Part shown: one piece after another, positions 1 through 8,749 of the stretch | How positions within the stretch are numbered: position 1 is the first letter of the stretch | Layout: every line of letters starts with the position of its first letter | Virus record (IMG/VR): IMGVR_UViG_3300005676_000004 | Origin: a virus | Direction: 5' to 3' (one strand) | Length of the DNA stretch: 64,000 nucleotides | The notes under the pieces: model-generated | What the model was told of the DNA's origin: nothing | The model's input: the letters and a program-made list of their open reading frames with translations, nothing else | The model's database searches: none | Made by a program: the position numbers and the translations under genes

Positions 1-1
1 T

Positions 2-544
2 CATTCTATTGAACAAGTTACTGTGCTCACTGTTTGGTGTCGTGCTCATTCGTAACTTGAGCATCTTGGTAATGAAGAACATCAAGACTTCTTTGTTAGT
101 TAATACCGGGTCATAGGGTAGAACTGAGTCTCTATACCACGGTATAGAAGTCGTGTCACGTCTATTGATGATAGATTCTCTAACCCTATCTGAAATGTCA
201 GAACGTTTGAGTTGATCTAACATTCCGATTCGTAGAGTAATATCCCGCATATTGCTACCGACGTTTACAATCTCATTGACGCGATCTCTAAAGTCTATCA
301 GGCATGTTTCGTTATGTTCGCCTTCTACTGGAGAAAATAATGAAACTCCTGCTAATTCATTACTATCCCCTATGATGTCATATCCTGGAAATTTTTTCCT
401 GAAGTGTTTGATTCTGTCGAGTACTACTCGTGTAGCCGTAAACAACACTATACCAGGATAAGCTAGTATCTCCTCTAGCTGTTGCATCTCCTCTTTCCAG
501 AGGATGTAATCTCTACGGCTAGAATTGTCTTGAGGTAGTTGCAT
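2..544 (-). CDS. hypothetical protein, partial (runs off left edge)
   Basis: Open frame read by hand from ATG at 544 (MQLPQDNSSRRDYILWKEEMQQLEEIL...) to the window edge with no stop; absent from the ORF track. Confidence 0.65.
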   Translation of the reverse strand, partial: MQLPQDNSSRRDYILWKEEMQQLEEILAYPGIVLFTATRVVLDRIKHFRKKFPGYDIIGDSNELAGVSLFSPVEGEHNETCLIDFRDRVNEIVNVGSNMRDITLRIGMLDQLKRSDISDRVRESIINRRDTTSIPWYRDSVLPYDPVLTNKEVLMFFITKMLKLRMSTTPNSEHSNLFNRM

Positions 545-1034
545 AGTTGACATAGTTATTAACATTGAGCCGATTTATTAATACATCACGAACCAGACGC
601 TGAGACACTGGTGAGGATTTAGAGGAGACGCCATATTTCTGTGCGAGTTTACGATGCACGATCTTCACTAGACGTTCTATATCGCTTCTAATGGCTGTGA
701 ACTGCCCATACACATCTTCATTATCCGCAATCTTTATATCTAATCCCCATGGTGTGCCCCAAGAATCAGTGACGTCGTACTCAAAAAAATAAAGCATTCG
801 ATCTACAAAATCTTTCTTCGTAAACGAGCCAATATTATCAATCATGTCACCAATGTCCATGCGAACTTTTGTCACTACGTGTATATAGCTGTTATTAAAT
901 TTCTTGATCTTCTTCTCTAGCTCCCTCATCTCTGGCAGAGATTTAAGAATATCGTTAGCGAATCTGACGTAGGTGTCAGATACCATTTCCAAATCAATTT
1001 CTTTTGAGGTTTTTGAGGTCGTTGCTGTGCCCAC
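519..1034 (-). CDS. hypothetical protein
   Basis: 171 aa ORF, GTG start with GGAG upstream. Confidence 0.7.
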   Translation of the reverse strand: MGTATTSKTSKEIDLEMVSDTYVRFANDILKSLPEMRELEKKIKKFNNSYIHVVTKVRMDIGDMIDNIGSFTKKDFVDRMLYFFEYDVTDSWGTPWGLDIKIADNEDVYGQFTAIRSDIERLVKIVHRKLAQKYGVSSKSSPVSQRLVRDVLINRLNVNNYVNYATTSRQF

Positions 1035-1046
1035 GTGATTGCTCCG

Positions 1047-1205
1047 TTAGTTTATGAAAAGAAGGTAGCCCAAATACAGAAATGCAACGCAGACACCAAC
1101 TAAGGTGACCACAAATGCGGTAAGCAATATACAGATAAAGATGAACCTAGACAAAGGTATTTTTACGCAATCGCCATTGTCATTGCGAATTTTAACAGTT
1201 ATCAT
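1047..1205 (-). CDS. small membrane protein (52 aa)
   Basis: Hand-translated MITVKIRNDNGDCVKIPLSRFIFICILLTAFVVTLVGVCVAFLYLGYLLFIN; long hydrophobic stretch; fills gap. Confidence 0.6.
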   Translation of the reverse strand: MITVKIRNDNGDCVKIPLSRFIFICILLTAFVVTLVGVCVAFLYLGYLLFIN

Positions 1206-1244
1206 ATTGCTACCAAAGGTTTGTGTTATGATTGTGGGCTGAGG

Positions 1245-1409
1245 TCATCCGTTGTCTGTTGGGTCGTCATCATCGTCGGGGTCAAGGTAATTGACAATTT
1301 TTTGTATCCAGTTCTGCTCGTACATTTCACGCAAAATGTCTTGTAGTAGTGCTCGTTGTGCATCTGGTTGTTTAGTATCGTCCGAGGTTGGTGTAACTTC
1401 GTCGTTCAT
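1245..1409 (-). CDS. small acidic protein (54 aa)
   Basis: Hand-translated MNDEVTPTSDDTKQPDAQRALLQDILREMYEQ...; abuts upstream stop. Confidence 0.55.
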   Translation of the reverse strand: MNDEVTPTSDDTKQPDAQRALLQDILREMYEQNWIQKIVNYLDPDDDDDPTDNG

Positions 1410-1745
1410 TTAGCACCCATTAAATTCGATACCTGGAATCCAGTCGTTATATGACCCATCTCCACGAGTGTATCGACCACCCGAACTGTACGGAGGACTA
1501 TCATACCAGTGAGGTCTTCTAAAGTTTTCTGGCGGGAGTATTATATCGTCTTCCGATATATCATTTTGCTCACTACGTGGGATCGGACGGAGAGTGATGA
1601 CAATTGAATTAGACCACGTGTTTACATCCGGACCACTGACACCGACAACTTCCATACCATCTGGTATATCAACTGTTACCGAACGACTAGGTTCAGCTAC
1701 TTTGAATTGATCATTTTTCAATTCATTTGGTTCTACTTGTTTCAT
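1410..1745 (-). CDS. hypothetical protein carrying the VxVDIPDGxEV module of family F1
   Basis: RSVTVDIPDGMEVVG matches RAVxVNIPDGWEV in the 35039-37299 genes; ATG 1745 preferred to TTG 1787. Confidence 0.6.
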   Translation of the reverse strand: MKQVEPNELKNDQFKVAEPSRSVTVDIPDGMEVVGVSGPDVNTWSNSIVITLRPIPRSEQNDISEDDIILPPENFRRPHWYDSPPYSSGGRYTRGDGSYNDWIPGIEFNGC

Positions 1746-1790
1746 GATAATTGTTTTTCTTTCAGGAAACTCTTCAAAATCGTTCAATGT

Positions 1791-2132
1791 TTAATATCCG
1801 TCGATGCCATTATATGGAGTACCTTCATTGTCACGACGATTTTTTTCTTGAACTGTTGCTATTCGCTCAATGGCTTTACAATTTTTCTCCAAAAGGTCTA
1901 CTATTCGTTCAAGTGTTGTGTGAATCGCTGATAGATCGCTTAACTCGAAGGATGTTGCGGTTGTATCTACTCTGTCATCCCCTACCTCACACGCTTTCAG
2001 TGATGGGTAGCAGTTACCAAGTTTATAATCTTCTTGAGATATACCACTTCCAGTATACTTACTGAGTTCAGGAAGTCCACCAAGATTCATACGCCAATAA
2101 ATTTCACCGAGTTTTGGTTTCCAAGTGTCCAT
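1791..2132 (-). CDS. hypothetical protein, family F1 (KP-x-G-x-x-Y...GNC[FY])
   Basis: WKPKLGEIYW...YKLGNCYPS; start refined to MDTWKP. Confidence 0.65.
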   Translation of the reverse strand: MDTWKPKLGEIYWRMNLGGLPELSKYTGSGISQEDYKLGNCYPSLKACEVGDDRVDTTATSFELSDLSAIHTTLERIVDLLEKNCKAIERIATVQEKNRRDNEGTPYNGIDGY

Positions 2133-2180
2133 GGTAGTTTCCGTATTATGATTGTTAGAGTTAATTAACAAGTTGTTGTG

Positions 2181-2630
2181 TCAAGCTGAAGGCCAAAGTC
2201 CACTCTTAATGTTCTCGTGAGCCTTTTTAAGTTCATCATGTACAGAATGATTATACCGAGGATCAGACTGAATTGGTGGTGTACTACAACACTTTACTAT
2301 GATAGATGGTAAGTCTATGGTGCTCATCATGTCCCGTATTTCTTCTCGGTCTTCCAAAGCGTTAATAGATGCGTAGTAGTTAGATTCATTTTCCCTGTAA
2401 ACTGAAATGTCAACGGTTTCCCGAGAAGACCACGGATTTTTGACTAGTGACTTATCTGTGTAGTATGTCATCTCAATGGTTATCATTGAAAACTTTTCCA
2501 CAAGAAGTCTGATAAGCTCAGCAAAGTACGCCAAGTTAATCTTCTCAACTTGTTTCGGTGTTAACTCCGTAGCTCCTAACAAGGAGTACGAGTTTGTAAC
2601 ACATTCAAGTTTAATTTTGGTTGCTTTCAT
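2181..2630 (-). CDS. hypothetical protein, family F2 (MKAT...INLAY)
   Basis: Paralogous to 2836-3240 and 3944-4306. Confidence 0.7.
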   Translation of the reverse strand: MKATKIKLECVTNSYSLLGATELTPKQVEKINLAYFAELIRLLVEKFSMITIEMTYYTDKSLVKNPWSSRETVDISVYRENESNYYASINALEDREEIRDMMSTIDLPSIIVKCCSTPPIQSDPRYNHSVHDELKKAHENIKSGLWPSA

Positions 2631-2839
2631 GATTGTTTTCTTTCAATAAGCTCTTTGAAACTTCTCAGTGTTGGGGGTAGACCACGTGCAACGAGTAATG
2701 CTCTGATGCTACGACTTGAAACTTTTCTGTCCAAAAGCCAGTCCGGATATACCTCTTCATTTGGCGTTTTAGCTGCCTTTGGATGGCTAGTGTTAGCATT
2801 CGTGTCTTGGTTATTATTCTTTGCTTTACATGCTTTCAT
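2627..2839 (-). CDS. hypothetical protein
   Basis: 70 aa ORF with ATGA overlaps on both sides. Confidence 0.55.
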   Translation of the reverse strand: MKACKAKNNNQDTNANTSHPKAAKTPNEEVYPDWLLDRKVSSRSIRALLVARGLPPTLRSFKELIERKQS

Positions 2840-3240
2840 GATTGTTCTTCCTCTTCGGACTGCTTTCGTTTGTAGAATATTGTCGCTGTGCGCGGTGAAT
2901 GTTCAGCGATGATGTTATACGTATCTACGTTAACTCGGATCGCCTCTTGAATGTCGGTGAAGTCATGTTGAGCATCCAAAGTCTTCCAGTAGTCTGGGTT
3001 AAGCTCGTCAGACGTTTTGAAGTCAAGTACTCTCAAAATTGAAGGTGACTTGAATGGATCACGCGGCGCGTACTCCACTTCAACGGTTAACGTGTGAAAC
3101 TTTTTCCGTAACACCTTGACACACTGAGCCACATATGCTAAGTTTATGTCTTCAATTTGTTCTTGAGTTAGACCAGAGTCGCGACCTACCAAATCTGTTG
3201 ATGATGGGCGCGTCGTAATCTTGATTTTCGTTGCTTTCAT
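2836..3240 (-). CDS. hypothetical protein, family F2
   Basis: MKATKIKIT...LVGRDSGLT...INLAY; GAGGTG RBS before ATG 3240. Confidence 0.7.
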   Translation of the reverse strand: MKATKIKITTRPSSTDLVGRDSGLTQEQIEDINLAYVAQCVKVLRKKFHTLTVEVEYAPRDPFKSPSILRVLDFKTSDELNPDYWKTLDAQHDFTDIQEAIRVNVDTYNIIAEHSPRTATIFYKRKQSEEEEQS

Positions 3241-3350
3241 GGCTATCACCTCAGAATTAATCAGCGGGGAAAGTGTCTGTTTGGTTGATGTCTGTACGTC
3301 TCTCGTAGGAAAAGGTTTCACTTGTCATTCACCACGGCAACCAAGCGAAA

Positions 3351-3947
3351 TTAAAGTTGCGACTGATCGTATTGAGTCAGCCATAAAATTCGGTCAACGA
3401 CAAATGCTCGTACGTCTTCATACCGCAACGTTGCGGTGCATCGTCCAAGCTCTTGAAGTAAGGCTGTTACTACCTCCTCGGTGATACGGTTAATATCAGC
3501 GTTTAAGCACACGTCTAGATGCCACACATCTTTTCTAAAACGTATGAGCGTCTCTTCGCTATGCGAAGGTATACTAGAAACTCCGTGTCCATTATACGGA
3601 CTACCTAACTCATGTGTGTACCATTCAAACGGCCCACCTTCAACAACGTCGTTTATTTTTGGAAACTTCTGTAAGAAGTCACGAACTAGCGACGACAATT
3701 GTATTAGTCGAGGACCGAAGTGTGAAGATTTATCCATTGAGATAATACGCTTCAGTGCCTTCAGTTCTTGTTGGAAAAGAAATGAAAAAACGTCATCATC
3801 CGAGCCATTGACTCGTTCGGATGATGGTTTCTGTTCGGTTGGTGTGGTTTCGTGCTGCATCGTTTCAACGTACGTAATGTCATGGAGAAATTTGTACTCT
3901 TGTTGGAAAGATTTCATAAGTAAGTCAAAGTAAGATTCTCCTATCAT
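3351..3947 (-). CDS. hypothetical protein
   Basis: 198 aa ORF, ATGA overlap with upstream gene. Confidence 0.65.
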   Translation of the reverse strand: MIGESYFDLLMKSFQQEYKFLHDITYVETMQHETTPTEQKPSSERVNGSDDDVFSFLFQQELKALKRIISMDKSSHFGPRLIQLSSLVRDFLQKFPKINDVVEGGPFEWYTHELGSPYNGHGVSSIPSHSEETLIRFRKDVWHLDVCLNADINRITEEVVTALLQELGRCTATLRYEDVRAFVVDRILWLTQYDQSQL

Positions 3948-4306
3948 GACAGCTTTGGCTTCGGTTGTTCGCGAAGAAATGATTTGATAATCGAGTTTAC
4001 ATCCACTGATGTGATAATGTAGTTGATCTTTGCGAGGTCTTCCTCGCGTTCACGACTCGGTCGATAATCATGGTAGTGGTGGTCGTCGTAACAGGCCGCC
4101 TCTGCAACTGGACCATCGGAGTATCCAGACGAATAGCATTCGGTTTTCACACGCTCAACACCCATACGCTCACGTATGGCGGTTGCACATTCCTCCGTAT
4201 ATACGCGGTTGATGTCTCGTATCACATCGCGTGATAAACTAGAATCGCGACCTACGAGTGCTAACGAGTCAAGATCGGTTAGCAAGTTTATGCGGGTTGC
4301 CTTCAT
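3944..4306 (-). CDS. hypothetical protein, family F2
   Basis: MKATRINLL...LVGRDSSLS...INRVY; GGAG RBS before ATG 4306. Confidence 0.7.
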   Translation of the reverse strand: MKATRINLLTDLDSLALVGRDSSLSRDVIRDINRVYTEECATAIRERMGVERVKTECYSSGYSDGPVAEAACYDDHHYHDYRPSREREEDLAKINYIITSVDVNSIIKSFLREQPKPKLS

Positions 4307-4345
4307 CGTCGTTCTCCGTGGTGGTTGTTGGTGCGTTGAACGTTG

Positions 4346-4376
4346 CAAATATACACACCATGTGCGCAAAGTGCAA
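4346..4376 (-). promoter_or_regulatory. sigma70/sigmaA-like promoter
   Basis: TTGCAC-N17-TATATT; also reads TATATTTG, matching the Bacteroidota -7 element TAnnTTTG; an overlapping degenerate TGAAAC-N16-CGCA lies at 4363-4388. Confidence 0.6.
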
Positions 4377-4400
4377 TAAAAAGTTTCAACAACATATAAA

Positions 4401-4787
4401 TTACGTATTCCTACGTAATACATACTCTTCAAGGTTAGGGAACGTGAGACCAAAATCATTTGCAATAGCACGGAACTTTGCCTCCCATTCGTGTGGAAGA
4501 AACTTGCCGTGTACTACTTGGACATACAGAAACAAATCGGGATTTAAATGCATAACAGACCTCACATGTCCTGAATTGATGATTTTGGTTGATGACTTCC
4601 CTTCTAGTAATGCATAATACTCTTCATCGGGAATTAACACACCAAACGAACACTTCAAGCCACCGTCTCCACGGTATGCGCATCTCTCATAAGTGCTACC
4701 ATCATAACGGAGTACGTTAGTTGTACTTCGTTTTCCTTGCTTAAGAGTATGTCGTACGGCCTTGTTGAATGCTTGCTGATCTGTCAT
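4401..4787 (-). CDS. hypothetical protein, family F3 (C-x-Y..G..KC..G.LIPD)
   Basis: QAFNKAVRHTLKQGKRS...CAYRGDGGLKCSFGVLIPDEEY; five copies in window. Confidence 0.7.
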   Translation of the reverse strand: MTDQQAFNKAVRHTLKQGKRSTTNVLRYDGSTYERCAYRGDGGLKCSFGVLIPDEEYYALLEGKSSTKIINSGHVRSVMHLNPDLFLYVQVVHGKFLPHEWEAKFRAIANDFGLTFPNLEEYVLRRNT

Positions 4788-5146
4788 GACACGTCCTCCC
4801 CTCCAAGAACAGAAAGCGCAAACTCACGAGCCGCTCGATAAATCTTTCCATCCTGAGACCGGACAATATCATATAAAATACCTCGTTTCTCTATTAATTC
4901 ATCATCGTTCGTACCTTCAAATGCAGACAGAACGAACGCAACACCTCCGTTCTCAAAACCCGACGTTCTAGTATAGATAACGCGGATTTGATGTTCTGGA
5001 TACCTTTGTTTGATATCGTTGGCAATGTAGTTTGTGAATCTACGATTTACAATTTCTAACTCTTTACCATTACCACTCCAATACTCGCCGACAATACTGG
5101 TGGAAGCGAGGTCTGTCTTGAGAAGAATTTCTTTCTTTACAGTCAT
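4784..5146 (-). CDS. hypothetical protein, distant family F2
   Basis: LLKTDLASTSIVG...IVNRRF..IANDIKQRYP resembles the F2 layout. Confidence 0.6.
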   Translation of the reverse strand: MTVKKEILLKTDLASTSIVGEYWSGNGKELEIVNRRFTNYIANDIKQRYPEHQIRVIYTRTSGFENGGVAFVLSAFEGTNDDELIEKRGILYDIVRSQDGKIYRAAREFALSVLGGEDVS

Positions 5147-5180
5147 GATCGTTCTCTAAAAATGTTTGTTAGTTGTTGTT

Positions 5181-5816
5181 TCAATACGAGTTCACCCACT
5201 CAAACACTTCCTGAAACTCTTCCACGGTGAGTAATTTCCGCAGATTGTTGTAATTGGTTCGTGTTTCACTGATAGTCTGTGCTATTGAAACAATTGCGTC
5301 AACGGGGTCCATATATTCACGCTCACGTTCCTTTAACTTGTTAACAACAAACCACTCTATTGATTCACCAGACTCAAAAAAGTATTGATAATCTGTGATT
5401 ATACTCGCAATCACTGCTTCTTTGGCATCTTTGGGTGGACTAGCGAGAGCTTTATCGATGCGTTTCTTCACATCAAACCCTCCACTAATGTCACCGTAGA
5501 CAAGTTTAACGAAGTCCTTTCCTGTGCGGTCGTCATGATCAACGAGGATTATCTTGTTAACAAGTTTATCGGGACCAAGGTTGAAGTGCCCGATGCCCCA
5601 TGCGTACTCAACTACAAAGGAGCGAATATCGTTGGAGTTTCTAGGTGTGCTGAATGTAAACTTGTACCGAATGCCTCTCCACCCAGGGACACGGAATTGC
5701 TTCCCTGTCTGCCAGTTCTTGTCCACTCGCGTGTCCCCTACAAGCCAACCTGAACCAAGGAGTTCTAATTTGATTTGATCAAGGCAATCTGGTACTTTTA
5801 CTTTAGTGGTTTCCAT
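5181..5816 (-). CDS. hypothetical phage protein
   Basis: 211 aa ORF, AAGGA RBS. Confidence 0.7.
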   Translation of the reverse strand: METTKVKVPDCLDQIKLELLGSGWLVGDTRVDKNWQTGKQFRVPGWRGIRYKFTFSTPRNSNDIRSFVVEYAWGIGHFNLGPDKLVNKIILVDHDDRTGKDFVKLVYGDISGGFDVKKRIDKALASPPKDAKEAVIASIITDYQYFFESGESIEWFVVNKLKEREREYMDPVDAIVSIAQTISETRTNYNNLRKLLTVEEFQEVFEWVNSY

Positions 5817-5853
5817 GGTAAATTTCCTTTTTGTCGTCGGTTACGTGTGTAGA

Positions 5854-5880
5854 TACGATGGTAGTGTCAAACGGTTACAC
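5854..5880 (-). promoter_or_regulatory. ECF-sigma-type promoter motif
   Basis: G-TGTAAC-N16-CGTA, 38 nt upstream of ATG 5816. Confidence 0.6.
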
Positions 5881-6336
5881 GTCTTCTTTATTGCCGTTCT
5901 CGGCATATTGTTGTGGAATTCCGTGAGCCAAAATTACCGCCTTGAAGTCATCAAACGTTGACGCCATTTCGTATGCATACCGTGATGTATACTTATGCGG
6001 TGGTGAGTTATATTCACGTTGTACAAATCTACTCACAATTGCGTCTTGAGCATCGAATGAATACTTACTCCAAAATGATGAAGATGTGTTTAGGAAGTCA
6101 ATACTGTTCATTGTGGACTGTACCCACCACCACGCATATGACAACAAAATATCAAGCTGATCCTCCCAATCCTTAGTCGCATTGATAGTTTGTATCATAT
6201 CTTCATAAAAGTGCGGTCGCTTTCCATCAAGCTCAGTCTCAAATTTTCCAAGAAGAAATAAGTTTAGTAACTTGTTCTCTTCTTGCTTAGCAAAGTAAAC
6301 TCTGCGATCGTTCAGAATGTTGATGGATGTGTCCAT
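5875..6336 (-). CDS. hypothetical protein
   Basis: 153 aa ORF in minus-strand run. Confidence 0.65.
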   Translation of the reverse strand: MDTSINILNDRRVYFAKQEENKLLNLFLLGKFETELDGKRPHFYEDMIQTINATKDWEDQLDILLSYAWWWVQSTMNSIDFLNTSSSFWSKYSFDAQDAIVSRFVQREYNSPPHKYTSRYAYEMASTFDDFKAVILAHGIPQQYAENGNKEDV

Positions 6337-6365
6337 GAGCTGTCTCTATGTGGTGGTTGAACACT

Positions 6366-6665
6366 CTATTTGATCGGACGAAAATATACCGATAAACATG
6401 ATAGTCCTGCTACTTTGTCTTCGTCTTCCTCAAAGGAATCAAAGACCATATCAGGTGGTACATCTATGACGATAGATCGTTCACTTACTATGCGTTTGAA
6501 CATATCGCGAAATTCAAAGGCACCTTGGAACGTTAAGAAGAAGTTACCAATTTCTAGCCGCCTGCGCTCTGGAGTAGTATCACACCACCTATCGTCCAAT
6601 ATTTCACCGTACTCCGTAATATAGAAATATTGAGTACCGAGCGATAGATTATCGATTATATTCAT
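6366..6665 (-). CDS. hypothetical protein, family F1
   Basis: GTQYFYITEYG...W...RRRLEIGNFFLT...RSIVIDVP. Confidence 0.7.
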   Translation of the reverse strand: MNIIDNLSLGTQYFYITEYGEILDDRWCDTTPERRRLEIGNFFLTFQGAFEFRDMFKRIVSERSIVIDVPPDMVFDSFEEDEDKVAGLSCLSVYFRPIK

Positions 6666-6669
6666 GATG

Positions 6670-6927
6670 TTAGTTAAGTTTGGTGAACGTTAATGTTTGG
6701 AATTTGCCAAGAAACTTTCTCGTAGAGAGATCAACCACTTTGGAGAATTTTATTCCAAATTGATCCGTACCTGGATATACAGCCACCATCGCCATATTCC
6801 AACATACGCCATGATCAGCCGAAATTGAACGCATTACGTCTAGGACTGTATCGTCCGAGCTGTCAACGATATACGCACAGTTGTCATCTGGAAACATTAA
6901 AGCGTACTTCATAGTTGTTGTGCTCAT
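6670..6927 (-). CDS. hypothetical protein
   Basis: 85 aa ORF, ATGA overlap. Confidence 0.6.
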   Translation of the reverse strand: MSTTTMKYALMFPDDNCAYIVDSSDDTVLDVMRSISADHGVCWNMAMVAVYPGTDQFGIKFSKVVDLSTRKFLGKFQTLTFTKLN

Positions 6928-6955
6928 CGTAGAACCTTTTTCAATGTCTTTTTTG
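6914..6955. repeat. direct repeat copy 1 (42 nt); copy 2 at 8265-8305
   Basis: gttg[t/c]tgtgctcatcgtagaacctttt(t)caatgtcttttttg; one substitution and one indel. Confidence 0.85.
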
Positions 6956-7352
6956 TTCCTGACTGTTCACACGCGAAAAAGATAGTGTCTGAAACAATCC
7001 AGAGGTCCCAAGGAAAAAGATCAAGTTTCTCGTGAATTTTCTTAGCTAGCTTTAGTACGTCCTTTTCCAGCGTCTTGTGTTCCTTGTAAATCTGCTCCAG
7101 TTCTGGAGTCATTTTAATGATTGGAACTTCGTCAACATCATAAACCATGTTCGTGATTCCACGTCTGAAACCCAGCTTGTTGGACGAGACTAAATCACCT
7201 GCGTCAAATGATATTGAAACAGTAATTGGGAATTTGTTTCTCTTGAGTGATTTGTATCTTTCAATCAACCCACCAAGTTCTTCACTTGAAGTCACCATCT
7301 CGTACACTTCTTCACGGGTAACTTCTTTGCTCGTATTTTTCATTGTCTTCAT
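6924..7352 (-). CDS. hypothetical protein, family F4
   Basis: MKTMKNTSK..REEVYEMVTSS...YKSLKR..FP..ISFD; near-duplicate of 7378-7827. Confidence 0.75.
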   Translation of the reverse strand: MKTMKNTSKEVTREEVYEMVTSSEELGGLIERYKSLKRNKFPITVSISFDAGDLVSSNKLGFRRGITNMVYDVDEVPIIKMTPELEQIYKEHKTLEKDVLKLAKKIHEKLDLFPWDLWIVSDTIFFACEQSGTKKTLKKVLR

Positions 7353-7377
7353 GGTTGGTGCCCTCTTATGTCGTTGG

Positions 7378-7827
7378 TTACGATACTGAATGTTTACGTC
7401 TATGTGATTGTCCACACACAACAAGAATAATGTCAACAACACTCAAAACATCCCATGTCCAAATATCAATTTGTTTACAAATATCAATTTGTTTACAAAT
7501 TTTCTTAGCTAGTTTTAGTATGTCCTTTTCCAACTTCTTGTGTTCCTTGTAAATCTGCTCTAGTTCTGGAGTCATTTTGATGACTGGATAACTGATGGCA
7601 TCATAAACCATGTCCGTGATTTCTCGCATGAATGTCATCTTGTCGATCGAATTTAGATTAGATGGGTCGAATGATATTGGAACAGGAACTGGGAAGTTGG
7701 TTCTCTTAAGCGATTTGTATCTTTCAACAATTCCATCAATTTCTTTGCTCGAAGTCACCATTTCATATACATCTTCACGGGATACAACATAAGTGACTTG
7801 TTTGCTTGTGTTTTTTGTTGTCTTCAT
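7378..7827 (-). CDS. hypothetical protein, family F4
   Basis: MKTTKNTSK..REDVYEMVTSS; contains an 18-nt tandem duplication (CKQIDI twice). Confidence 0.75.
   Translation of the reverse strand: MKTTKNTSKQVTYVVSREDVYEMVTSSKEIDGIVERYKSLKRTNFPVPVPISFDPSNLNSIDKMTFMREITDMVYDAISYPVIKMTPELEQIYKEHKKLEKDILKLAKKICKQIDICKQIDIWTWDVLSVVDIILVVCGQSHRRKHSVS
7460..7500. repeat. 18-nt tandem repeat (2 copies plus partial)
   Basis: caaatatcaatttgttta twice. Confidence 0.9.
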
Positions 7828-7840
7828 GGTTGGTGTCCTC

Positions 7841-8278
7841 TTAGTTTGTTTCTAGGAAACACATCTGATAGATCATGTTTCGGACATGAGCAATGTGACA
7901 TGTATCTGGATCAAGTTTCTTATAAATTTTCTTAGTTAATTTTTCCATGTCTTTTTCCAACTCCTTGTGTTCGGTGTAAATCTGGTTCAGTTCTGGATTA
8001 TTTTTGAAGACAGAATATACTGAACGTGTAATAGATTCAATAACCGTCCCTATGATTATTTCACCGAAACTCATCTTACTGCATGATTCTAAATCAGACC
8101 CGTCAAACGATATTGGAACAGTGATTGGGAAATCAACTTTCCGAAACGTTTTAGCCCTAACAATCAGTTCATCAATTTCTTTGCTGGAAGATATGATCTC
8201 CCGTAACTGATTGTTATTGGTGTACTTAATGAAGTATAGAGCTTGCTTGATTTTTGACTTCTTGGTTGCTGTGCTCAT
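7841..8278 (-). CDS. hypothetical protein, family F4
   Basis: IISSSKEIDELI..FPITVPISFD...ELNQIYTEHKELEKD. Confidence 0.75.
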   Translation of the reverse strand: MSTATKKSKIKQALYFIKYTNNNQLREIISSSKEIDELIVRAKTFRKVDFPITVPISFDGSDLESCSKMSFGEIIIGTVIESITRSVYSVFKNNPELNQIYTEHKELEKDMEKLTKKIYKKLDPDTCHIAHVRNMIYQMCFLETN

Positions 8279-8305
8279 CGTAGAACCTTTTCAATGTCTT
8301 TTTTG
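8265..8305. repeat. direct repeat copy 2 (41 nt)
   Basis: See 6914-6955. Confidence 0.85.
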
Positions 8306-8514
8306 GAAATGGTGCGAACGTCCTTCGGATGCGAACCGAATACACTGGCCATGATAACTGTTTCAACGTCACCTTTGCGTCCATTCCCGTAGCACACCTG
8401 AAGGTTATACTCGGCCCCTTTTCTTGCGGTCATGAATCGACACGTTTTGTCGTCCATGCGCATGATCCATCCAACCTCGCCGTTTTTCAGCTTGACGTAT
8501 GCAAATCCCATCAT
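8275..8514 (-). CDS. hypothetical protein (pair with 8511-8747)
   Basis: YVKLKNGEVGW...KDIEKVLR. Confidence 0.65.
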   Translation of the reverse strand: MMGFAYVKLKNGEVGWIMRMDDKTCRFMTARKGAEYNLQVCYGNGRKGDVETVIMASVFGSHPKDVRTISKKDIEKVLR

Positions 8515-8747
8515 GACAGTACCCTTTCGATGTCTTGTCGGTGAATAATTCGGAGTGACTCTTTATGATTGTCAAAGATGTACATGAGAGCCGTCTGAGG
8601 TTTTCCGTGCGCAGCTTCGTCACTCATGTAGAATTTGTATCCGTAGTCTGCGCCCTTTTCAACGTCTATGAACTCAAATGTTCCGTCTGGGGATTCAAGC
8701 GTCCACCCGATTTGACCGTTGGTGAGCTTAACGTGTGAGAATTTCAT
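8511..8747 (-). CDS. hypothetical protein (pair with 8275-8514)
   Basis: HVKLTNGQIGW...QDIERVLS. Confidence 0.65.
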   Translation of the reverse strand: MKFSHVKLTNGQIGWTLESPDGTFEFIDVEKGADYGYKFYMSDEAAHGKPQTALMYIFDNHKESLRIIHRQDIERVLS

Positions 8748-8749
8748 TG

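Noticed and set aside
519-544. Programmed frameshift joining 519-1034 with the ORF starting at 544
   Set aside because: A 26-nt overlap with its own ATG is ordinary; no slippery heptamer was seen
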